64,000 nt of DNA from Malacoraja senta. Its lineage: Eukaryota. This document shows, in pieces, positions 23,348 through 35,300 of the stretch. The DNA is taken from the NCBI GenBank assembly GCA_038087875.1, contig CM075989.1, forward strand, positions 24,926,001 to 24,990,000, in the 5' to 3' direction. Within the stretch, counting starts at the first letter, position 1. Every line of letters starts with the position of its first letter. A program made the translations under genes and the position numbers. The notes under the pieces were generated by a model. The model was given only the letters and a program-made list of their open reading frames with translations, was not told the DNA's origin and made no database searches.

Positions 23348-26300
23348 CTGCAAAACGCAGAAAATATTGCTGCTGAATTTTGGTTCAATTATTTCATATT
23401 TTATTGCACGAGCTTAAGAGTTTTGATGGAAGTAAAGTTTATCCTCACTGGACTGGACTCACACGGCTCCACCATTCAGTTAAATAGACGGACAAGATGG
23501 GCCGTTATGACAGATTTTGTGGTAGTTTCTGATGTATCAATGCTGAGGATGAGGGGGACCTCATTGAAACTTACCGAGTAATGAAAGGCCTGGATACAGT
23601 GGATGCGGAGAGGATGTTTCCATTAGTGAGTGAATCTAGGACTAGAGAGCACAGCCTTAGAATAAAAGGATGTATGTTTACAAAGGAGTTGAGGAGGAAT
23701 TTCTTTAGACAGAGGGTCATGAACCTGTGAAATTCATTGCCACAAACAGCAGTGGAGGCCAAGTCTTTGGGTATTTTTAAGGCAGAGATTGGCAGATTCT
23801 TGATTAGTAGGGTGTCAAGGGTAATGGAGAGAAGACAGGAGATTGGTGTTGAGAGGGAAAGATAGATCAGCCATGATTGAATGGCGGAGTAGACTTGATG
23901 GGCCGAATGGCCTAATTCTACTCCTATCACTTATGACTTTAATATAAAAGTTTGAAATAATTATTTGAAAATAATAATTTGAAACTCTGAAAACTCGTAC
24001 TAATTTGCTGTACTTTGTTAAGCAATACTTACCAAAAGGAGTGCTGCTGAAAAACTGCTAAAGCTTGATTGGTGCGGGTATGGTTGATAAGTACTTTTAC
24101 GTTAGCCTAGAAAATCAGAAGTAAAAAAATCACATGATACCAACCCCACCGGAAAAACAAACGATGCACCTTATTCATATCTAAACGGATGGGATTTAAA
24201 GGCACAAACATTATACAATTTGTATAGGCCAATAGTGAAGAACTGTGCATAGTTCTACAGCATGAAGAGATATGAGCACATTGTAAAATGTCCAAAGAAG
24301 ATTGGCAAAGTAGCTATTCGTATCAAAAAACATTGTTTAATTCACAAGGAAAAATTGAAGAATGCCCAGATAGATGTCTTTAAACATTTAATATAAAGAG
24401 GGACTGAAGATGTTTCCTCTCAAGAGGAAGAGGCTGCATTGGTTTTGAGAGGTGTAGTGTTGAGAAAGCTTTAAATAATTGTTACAAAGTAAACATTAAC
24501 TATAAAATTAAAAACAAAACCAAGGCAAATAATTTTAAACTTTTGTGAATAATTTAAAGGCATAAATATACCTAAAAATAATGACAGATAAAGTGAACTT
24601 TTCTAAAATTACCTTTGAAATGAAACCAGCAGCTCAACTTCTCCTCTCTCCCATCGGGCAAAAGGTACAGAAGTGTGAAAACACACACCTCCAGATTGAG
24701 GGACAGTTTCTTCCCAGCTGTATCAGGCTACTCTGCCATCCTATCACAACCAGAGAGCAGTGCTGAACTACTATCTACCTCATTGGGGACCCTTGGACTA
24801 TCCTTGACTTTGCACTAAATTGGGGACCCTTGGACCTCATTGGGGACCCTTGGACCTTGCACTAAACGTTATTCCCTTATCATGTAACCATACACTGTAA
24901 ATAGCTTGATTGTAATCATATATTGTCTTTCCGCTGACTGGTTAGCACGTAACAAAAGCTTTTCACTGTACCTTGCTACATGTGACAATAAACTAATCTG
25001 AACTGAACCCAACTGAAATGAGTAGGGCCACACTAGGTGTAGTGGTTTTGAGTGGCGTAAAGCAGAGTTGTTGTTAATGTCCAACCATGATCTCGGAGAA
25101 CGGAGAATGTTGGTTGAGTCTTGTGATCTACTCTCCCTTCTAGTTATTAAGCTCTTATTAGATCTGGATTCCTTGGATTAAGATTCAGCATTGATACAAT
25201 CACACAGATTGTGCTAAATTTATCAAAGCTCTCCACTGGAACCAAGGAAAATTACATAATTGGAAAATCACTTAACTCACATGAGGTTAAGCTACACATA
25301 AAATCACAAAATCAATGGAAACTTGCAACTTCTTTCCCAAGAACCATGTGAGGTCTCAAATGTGCACCAAGGCACACTTAGCAATCTATCAGACATGAAC
25401 ATAACAATTTTACGTCTTGTATTGCAGTTCTCATATTCAATGAACTGCATTTTTTAGACAGAATAATACTTTAAAATCCATTAAAGATTCATTAAAAAAT
25501 GTGTCCTTGGCATCTTCATTATGCCTGTAAAAATTCCTTAGCATGTGGCACAGTGGCGCAGCGGTAGAGTTGCTGCCTTACAGCGCCAGAGACCCGGGTT
25601 CGATCCTGACCACGGGTGCTGTCCATACGGAGTTTGTACGTTCTCCCCATGACCGTGTGGGTTTTCTCCGAGTGCTCCGGTTTCCTCCCACACTCCAAAG
25701 GTGTACAGGTTTGTAGGTTAATTGGCTTCTGTTAAAATACCCTTGTGTCTGGGATATAACTAGTGTACAGGTGATCGCTGGTCGGTGCGGACTCGGTAGG
25801 CTGAAGGGCATGTTTCCACACTGTATCTCTAATCTAAACTAATATTTGGCCAGCAGAGATTCTTGATGCCAGGGGAGTATTGAAGAATACATCGAAGCCA
25901 CAGACATTGGAAAATAAAGGAAATCACTCAATCTTTGGAAATCAACAAAAAACACTAATATTTTATCAAAGACCAATTCTTCTGTAGCACTGAAAGCTTT
26001 CAACTAGATCCATATAATGTTCAGCACAGAGTGATGAGATAGATTACATATATGTGCTACATTATTATTCAATGTTATGTTTCCTACAACATTGGAGAAG
26101 GCCATTCAGTCCATTGAGTCTATGCTGGCTCTCTGAGCAAAAGATAGACACAACAAGCTGGAGTAACTCAGCGGGCCAGGCAGCATATCTAGATAGAAGG
26201 AATGGGTTATGTTTTGGGTTGAGACCCTTCTTCACACTTTGTTTAAACCAGCATCTGCAGTTCCTTGCTACACAATCTCATTTCCCCATTTATTTTCCCT

Positions 26301-29300
26301 CCAGACTATTTTCTCGAATGTACTCATCAACTGATTCTCCCTATCGCATGCCTACATTTGGGATCATTTGCAGCAGACAATTACCTATTAACCAGCATGT
26401 CTTCATGATGTAGGAAACCCAAACCATTACAGGATCATACCCAGCTGTGAGGTAACACAACTTATAGAAACATAGATAGAAACATAGAAAATAGGTGCAG
26501 GAGTAGGCCATTCGGCCCTTCGAGCCTGCACCACCATTCAATATGATCATGGCTGATCATCCAACCCAGTATCCTGTACCTGCCTTCTCTCCATACCCCC
26601 TGATCCGTTTAGCCACAAGGGCCACATCTAACTCCCTCTTAAATATAGCCAATGAACTGGCCTCAACTACCTTCTGTGGCAGAGAATTCCACAGATTCAC
26701 CACTCTCTGTGTGAAAAATGTTTTTCTCATCTCGGTCCTAAAAGATTTCCCCTTTATCCTTAAACTGTGACCCCTTGTTTTGGACTACCCCAACATCGGG
26801 AACAATCTTCCTGCATCTAGCCTGTCCAACCCCATAAGAATTTTGTAAGTTTCTATAAGATCCCCCCTCAATCTTCTAAATTCTAGCGAGTACAAGCCGA
26901 GTCTATCCAGTCTTTCTTCATATCAGGCTAACCTACAGAACTGCTTACCTGGGAATCTTCTACACATTTAATCTAAAGTTTGAACAGTGAACACTTTTAC
27001 TCTTTATTACAAAGTTAAGTTGAAGAAGGATTTTCAATGACAAAATGTCCATACTGGTACTGGGTATCCATCGTACTCAAGTCGCATCTGTGGGTCCAGG
27101 TACAAGACCTGCCAGCAACTCAGGAAGGAGAGCTGATCCATCAAATTTACTAGTTGCATCCGAGACTTCTTGGCAAATTTTAAAAATAATTGCATATCAC
27201 TTGTCAGAAATAGCTGGAAGAGAAGAAGCATTTGTATTTCAGTGCAATGATCATGAGACATCATGAAGCAATTACAATTGTTTCCCTCACCTTTTCTTCC
27301 AAATACCTAATTGCTTTATTACAAAATATCATGTTATATTTTTGGAACCATCAGAAAGTGACTGTTTGTATTGTTACCTGTCCTGAGAGCCCTTCCAATG
27401 TTCTGAGGGTAAAGTTCTGTCCATATCGAAGAGGATCACCTTTGCAACTACCATCAACACTGATAGAAATAAAAGTTAGTGAGTATGTGAAACACAAACA
27501 ATGTAAAAAGTTATCATTAAATCAATAAAAAATAATGTTGCAATTCATTTGATCAATTAGCTTTGGGGTTTAAGTTAAGCTACGCGGCACAGTGGTAGAG
27601 TTGCTGCTTTACAGCGCCAGAGACCCAGGTTTGATTCTGACTACGGGTGCTGTCTGTACAGTTTGCACGTTCTACCAGTGACTGTGTGGGTTCTCTCCAG
27701 GTGCTCCGGTTTCCTCAAACATTCCAAAGACATGCATGTTTGCTGACTTTGCAGGTCTGACATTTCTGTCCCGGGTCTCCTCCACTGTCAGCGTGAGGCC
27801 ACACACAAATTGAATGAACACCTCATTTTTCGCATGGACAATTTACAACCCAGAAGTATGAACATTGATTTCTCTAATTTCAAGTAACCCTTGCAATTCC
27901 TCTCTCCCCTACACAAGTCAGCCTGCTAGTCCCACTGTCCACATCCCTGTATCCCTTTATTATCACCTCAAGAAAGTGTTTGGATTCAGATTTACAGGTC
28001 TTTTACACCAGGTTGGCATTGTCAAGATTAGTTTCACCAGTAGAGTGTAACTGGCCTTCACCTGTTGAATGGTCACAGACGATAATGTGCTGTATAACAA
28101 TATCAATTTATGTTCACCTCTTCCATGTTTACATAGCCATATTCATTCTTTTAACGTGTAAGAAAGAACTGCAGATGCTGGTTTAAATCGAAGGTAGACA
28201 CAAAATTCTGGAGTAACTCAGCGGGACAAGCAGCATCTCTGGAGAGAAGGAATGGGCACCGTTTCGGGTCGAGACCCTTCTTCAGAGTCTATTAACTCTA
28301 TTTCTCTTCCCAAAGTGGCCTAACCTGCTGAGTATCTCCAGCACTTTCTGTGCTTTTTGAGATTTCCAGCATCTACAGGGTTTTTTTCACTATGTGTTAG
28401 TGTAAAGAAAATGTTATATTAAAAACATTGGCTGCTCAGAAAAACAGCCACTTTTGTCATATAATGCAGAAGGAATGTTATTAACACAAAATTAACAGAA
28501 TGTTGTTAAAGACTAGACTTACCTTGTGATAATAAAAGTATTTCTCATGCAAGGGGTTAGGTTCGCACTGCCACATACATCACATGGAGAATCAACTTGT
28601 TTGCTAGTCATAAATCTGCTTTGATCAATGTTCATTGTCAGTGCCATGGGGGAGCGAAGCGGATCGCTGGGATGGTTCTGGTCGCTGCCTGGATTTATAA
28701 GTAACACTGCGTCCCCAAAATGAATATGCCCGTCAGCATTTTTGGCGAGCTCAGTCTAAATAAGCCAGAAAAGCAATTATTGGTTAATGCAAGCTATGTT
28801 CTCCAATGTGAAATAAAGCTTAAATAATAACCGTCGGGAATTTATTACATGAAATGTAGAAACACAGAAAATAGGAGGAAGAGTAGGCCACTCGGCCCCT
28901 TGCACCTGCTCCACCATTCAACACATTCATGGCTGGTCACAGTACCCTTCCTCCACTCATTAATCTCTTTGGCACAAGGGCCGTGTCTAGCGTCTTCTTG
29001 GATATATTTAATGATATTTAATGACTTCCACTGCCTTTTGTGATACACAATTCCACAGATTCACCTCTGGAGTTTAATCCAAACAAATGTGCATGGAGTT
29101 GAAAGGTCAAATGTAAGGGGAAAATATACAGTTAATGGCAAGACCCTTAACAGCATTAATGTACAGGGACCAAGTCTACAACTCTCTGAAAGTGGTGACA
29201 CATATAGATAGAGTGGGAAAGAAGACTTATGGTATGCTTGCCTTTATCGGTTAGGCCGTTGAGCAGAAGGATCAGGAATTTATGTTGGCACGGCAGGACT

Positions 29301-32300
29301 GATGTACGAGGAGAGATTAGGTTGTCTTTCTTGGACCATCTGGCTGCTCACTAAAGCTATCTGTCCCAAAGATTTGCCAATAGTACCGTGAATTATCCCA
29401 GCCCTTACTCTTGAAGGACAGTGGCACGTGACTTGGCCATGTTAAATAGATGGGGAGCAAGAAAGCTTTGTGGAGACTCTGGTTAAAGAACCAAGCTGGG
29501 ATTTCACCTCCTCTGCTGCTTTGTCAACCCTGTAGGGCCACCAATGCCAGGCCCTGGACCAGAGACTAAAGATATAACATTGCAACACTGTAACACTATC
29601 TTCTGCACTCTGCACTATATTATTTTCTCTCTGCATTATCTGTTGTACTTAAAACAAGGTTTTCACTCTCTCTCGGTACAGGTAAGAATCCAAGGATCAG
29701 ACAAGAGGGCCACATCAGGCCGGGTCTCCTCTGCCCTCAAGTAGAGAGCCAGGTCCATAGAGCCAGATATACTGTACTGGCGGCCACATATCCATCACAA
29801 GGAAATGGACAATACTAGTGGATCCAGGTCAGTCCCTGTATAACTGTTGGATGCAATACTTCTGGGCACAACCATAGCAAGGTGGAAACAAACACCAACG
29901 ATGTGTAAGTATACCAGAAAGGGGCAATGACTGGAGCAGTCAGGAGATCTCGGGGAGGTAGCCAAGTATGATTCAGAAAGCAGTGGAGTGGCAGTGATTG
30001 AGTTAGTGAGAAGACAGTGAGTTGGGTAGCAAGAAGTCAATACGAGTTTGGCATGTGTATCCTCCAATCTGGCTCAATATATCTGTATGTCCAGTTAAAA
30101 TAAGAGGTTTGGATTGTAAATTGCATAAAAATGGCACACCATTGGTTTAACTAGTGACTATAAAGTGGAAAAATTCACACTGTAGATCAATGTAATTAAA
30201 GTCATGATGATTCTCACATAAATTTGGAATAATTAGACCTTGAAGTTAATTGCAGCCTCAGAAGTTATGATTTACTGAGCTGATTCTATTCAGTTTCTGA
30301 GATGGTAGGTGGTAATCAGCAGTATTGATTAAAGAGAATATTGCAATACTGCAGAGAGGGCATCCTGAAAAGGTCAAGGAGTTGACACAGAAGGTGCAAT
30401 CACACCACTGCCACTATTCCAACAGCTGACTAGTGGGAAGTGTATTGGAGAGCAAATGTATACAAGATTGCAGAGATATGCAAACACACTGACCTCTGAT
30501 AATGGGAAGGGTGTAGGAAGGAACTGCAGATGCTGGTTTAAACTGAACTTAGACACAAAATGCTGGAGTAACTCAGCAGGACAGGCAGCATTGACAGGCA
30601 GCGATGCTGATAAGGAGGTCTGGTCTGGTCTGGTATGGGATGCTCATTGAAATAGAACTAACACTGGCAAGTTTACATTGTAAGCATTTCCTCTTGGGAA
30701 TAATGGCAAACATCATTATCTGTCCCAAACATTACCCATGATACCCCAGAAATAAGGACAATGATTTATGGATGTTCAACTATGTAAATATCATTGGCGC
30801 TCAGAAGCTAAGACACTCAGAACACAAGGATGAACTGAGAGAAATGGACAGCACCAAGCCACAGGTGGAAGGCAGGTCCTGCAGGTATAGGCAGGTAGGT
30901 ACTAGACAGCTAGGTCGTAGGCAGGTAGGTACTAGGCAGCTAGGTAGTAGGCAGCTAGGTAGTAGGCAGCTAGGTAGTAAGCAGGAGCCATAGACATGAA
31001 GCTTCTCCGTTTTATAATCTATGCCAGTGGCTTGCAAATGCTGTTTCTGTAGTCAACATTAACTGGAGGGCATTTATAGGTATTTTCATTGCACAGAATT
31101 GCAAAGTACTTACACCTTTTAGAAAAAGGTGAGTAAGCTAAATGGTCTTTGATGCACTCTACTTTCTGCTATGAATGTAAGATGAAGCTGTTGTGAGGAA
31201 ACACAAATCATAACAGGTTGAGAATTTTCCCCAACTGTACAGGTGAAACATCGGGTTTTAAACATTGGCATTGAGTCAAACCTCCCAACCTATAATGCCA
31301 TGAACCGGCAAAAGGTGACAATATGTAACGGCTCATTTTATCACCTCCACAGCAAATAGATTTGAACAGCTTATTTTAGTTAATAACACTGATTTAAAGC
31401 AGTCTTGTAGATACAAAGTAAAAATAAATCACCTTGTAATTGTTACAGTGACAAAGTCATGATTCTAAAAGTACATTCAATAATTAATGAAAATAACAGT
31501 TAAGATAAATATGGTAATACTTAAACTAGATTAGTCACCTTATTCAGCAGATCATCTTTAAAAGATCCTAGTTTTTGCATCAAAAGCTCGCCACGTTCCT
31601 TCCTGTTAATGAAGTCTTTAAGAACATCCTGCAAGATATATTTTAAAGAAGCATTTGTGTTCTGTCTTACTTGCTCTATAAATACAACTTCAAGTCACCA
31701 GAGACAATTTTTCACGTCATGCCTGAACTTCCATCGCATTGATTGATATGTGGTGGAGCAGTTGTAATACTTCGATAACCCATCCACAACTTCCACCAAG
31801 GCACCACATCAAGATGGGGAAATCATGCTGTTATTGTACCATTGCTGGAGATGATGAGAGAGATAGTGGGGAGTGGCTGCAGTGGGCCAAATATCTTTCC
31901 AGCATGTCCTTTAATGGATGTTATAGATAGTTATCACTTCTTAGGAAGACGTCAGAATGAACTGCAACGTCAAGAATTTGAAGAGCTGAAAACATCCACC
32001 CAGATTTCTACTGCACCAATGAAAGAGTATTGCAGGCCATCTGAAGGAATATGCAAAAACCTTCAGGACAAGCCAAATCACCGCAGAGAGCAATATAGGT
32101 TTAATGACCTCACAAAGGTGGCCAAGGTAAGATACTAGTAAGTTTCATGCAGATCCCGTAATTACTGTATAACAGTATAATGCTATGGTAATCCATTCCT
32201 TGTAGACTATGCCAAAGTCAAAGCCAATTGGAAAATAAATCAATAGTTTCATTCAGATCCTTATTTCTATCTCTTTTGGAACTTAAGAACACTCAAATTG

Positions 32301-35300
32301 GCTAACTTTGGATGTCACAAGGATTTGTTTGATTTAGTAGTCGATATGCTTGCATTGCTTATTGGCATGTCAAGCGTAACATCATGTGAGTACTTTTAAA
32401 GACATTCTAAAACCTGTAAAATTACTCTCTGTCCATCTAAAGGTAGAGGTAGCATGTTTTTACACAACAATTGGATGAAGTTTAATAACTAACACACAAC
32501 GGTTGGAACTCTACATAATAATGCATCTCCACCATGGCCAATTTTAACCCATCATTCACATAAGCAAAGCAATTGAGTATAAACTGTTAAGATTACACAG
32601 TATTTTTTTTTAATCAATAAAGCATCAAGACAAAGGTAGTCTGTTACAGGTTTTCGTTAGTGGGTCAGCAGTGGAGAGAGTTAGGAGCTTTACATTCCTG
32701 GGTATCAACACCTCAGGTGACTTGCCCTGGGCCCAGCACGCACCTGTACATGTAATCACACCTATACTTATTTGGTCACGTCCCCGAATACTCTAACGAA
32801 CTTCTACAGAAGCACTGTAGAAAGTACAGAGTGGTTGTATCACGGCATAATGGATCACCCCTTGCACTACCACCGACTTGTTTTCTAAATGCATCTCACA
32901 CCAAAGTCTTGCTTTTTGCAGTCTTTTTCTTATCACAGTCTTGCAGAATTTGTGTAATTTATGTATAATTTGTGTTTCTGTGCGCTGTCTGTGTCTCTGT
33001 GCCAGTGATGCTGCTGCAAGCAAGTTTAGTTTAGCGTAGAAACAGGCCCTTCAGCCCACCGAGTCCGCACCAACCAATGATCACCAGTACACTAGTTATG
33101 TCCTACATGCTAGGATTTACAGAAGCCAATTAACCTACAAATCTGCACATCTTTAGAATGTGGGAGGAAACCGGAGCACCCGGAGAAAACCCTCGTACTC
33201 ACAGGGAGAACGTACAAACTCCACACAGACAGCATAATAAGATGATATTCCAGGTACTTAATCAGAAGAGTCCTCTGAAATTAACTTCCGCCCTCTTTTG
33301 TTGCTCAACACAGCTTGCCAGAGGGTTGCATATTTTATCACCCTGGTATTGAAGTAGTCCCAGATCACTGGATGTGTGGAAGGTGCCCTAACCTGTATCT
33401 TCCAAAGATAGACACAAAATGCTGGAGTAACTAAGCGGGTCAGGCAGCATCTCTGGAGAGAAGGAATGGGTAATATGCGGCCTGTCCCGCTGAGTTACTC
33501 CAGCATTTTGTGTCTATCCTCAGAGTAAACCAGCATCTGCAGTTCCTTTCTACACATTTGTCTGTAGCTTCCAAGGCTGGGCCATTTGCACTGACAATTA
33601 CAGCGTTTTGATTCCATATGAGATTGAGACAAAAGGTTTGGACACGCTAGAGGTAGGAAACATGTTCCCGATGTTGGGGGAGTCCAGAACCAGGGGCCAC
33701 AGTTTAAGAATAAGGAGTAAGCCATTTAGAACGGAGACGAGGAAACATTTTTTCTCACAGAGATTGGTGAGTCTTTGGAATTCTCTGCCTCAGAGGGCGG
33801 TGGAGGCGGGTTCTCTGGATGCTTTCAAGAGAGAGCTAGATAGGGCTCTTAAAAATAGCAGAGTCAGGGGATATGGGGAGAAGGCAGGAACGGGGTACTG
33901 ATTGGGGATGATCAGCCATGATCACATTGAATGGCGGTGCTGGCTCGAAGGGCCGAATGGCCTAATCCTGCACCTATTGTCTATTGTCATACAGGGATCA
34001 GGCGCTGCCCAGGCACATTGAAGGAGCCTTTAGTTGTAAAGACAATCCAAGGCTTTCATCTACTTTTACATATTTGTTTACAATATTAGTCTTGGTGATC
34101 ACTTCCATCATGCACTCCATACATTCCATGTCTGTAGTCACTTCTACTGTATCCACTATCAACCACTATCCCCTCCCAATTGTTTCCCAACTGACATCAC
34201 CTCTACCCTTCTCCATTATCCAGACCCTTTACTTCCAAGTACCAACATCCACCCACGCCAGTATCAAGCATTTGTTATAAAGATAACAAAAAAGATCATC
34301 TCTCCTCCAATCCTCAATCTTTATATAATGTCCTGATGTAAACAACCACTAGATGGGGTCTGTGTACTGAACATTGGATTCTAATTTCACATTGCTGCAT
34401 TTAAGGTAATTCAGATTTATAGACCAACAAAACAAAGGATATTAAATGTTTCTATCACAAGGAAACATAAGATGTGGTAAGATTTTTACAGATAAGAACA
34501 ACACCCATGTAAAAATTAGACAGATTAAACATGCTTACTTGCTAGAGTGGTGGAATTATCTCTGTTACAGTGAGAACGGTCGAGATTGCAAGTAAATCAA
34601 AATAACTGCAATATGCAATAAAGTGAGCTTTGGTATATATAAACTGAAGCAATGTCCAGCAAAAGATTTCCACCCAGAGAGTACAAAGGAGCAGCATCCT
34701 CTCTAACATTTAATTGAGGTGTCCGGTGGCAATTGTGGGTCAGTTTAACAAGTTATTTACTGGGAAAAGAAACAGTCTTCGTCACAGTAAAGTCTGGGAA
34801 TATGCTACAGCAATTATGGAAAAAAAAGATGTTTCATTTGCCATTAGCATGGAAAACAAGCTCCCACAAAAATCTTCCCAAAGACTCACTCTGAGTGTAT
34901 GGCCTACTTTCATGGGATTCTTTGTGATGTCACAATTTTACAGCAACTTCTGTACATTCAGTAAAACATCACAAAGTGTGCTCTACAGGAAGTCACGCTC
35001 AGACATTGATTATGTACGTTACCCAAATTCAAAATATACAATGTATAACTTGGAAAGATGACTATTGACTGAGGTTTTGCATTCCACTAAGTGCTCTTTG
35101 TTTCTGTAAACAAATATACTATTGCAGGAATTTGATGAATTACACATTTACTACTGGGCGTGCCCCCTTTATACATTGAGGCTGGCACACAAACAACTGC
35201 TTTCCAAAAGAGCTAAATGAAGACATTAAGTATTTATTGTTACATCTAACAGTTTGTCCAATATGCTTTAAGTTAAGATTGAATTTAAAATGTCCCAGAG

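Noticed and set aside
25548..25615. tRNA-like sequence
   Set aside because: It is the head of a V-SINE (continues into the V-domain and tail), not a functional tRNA gene.
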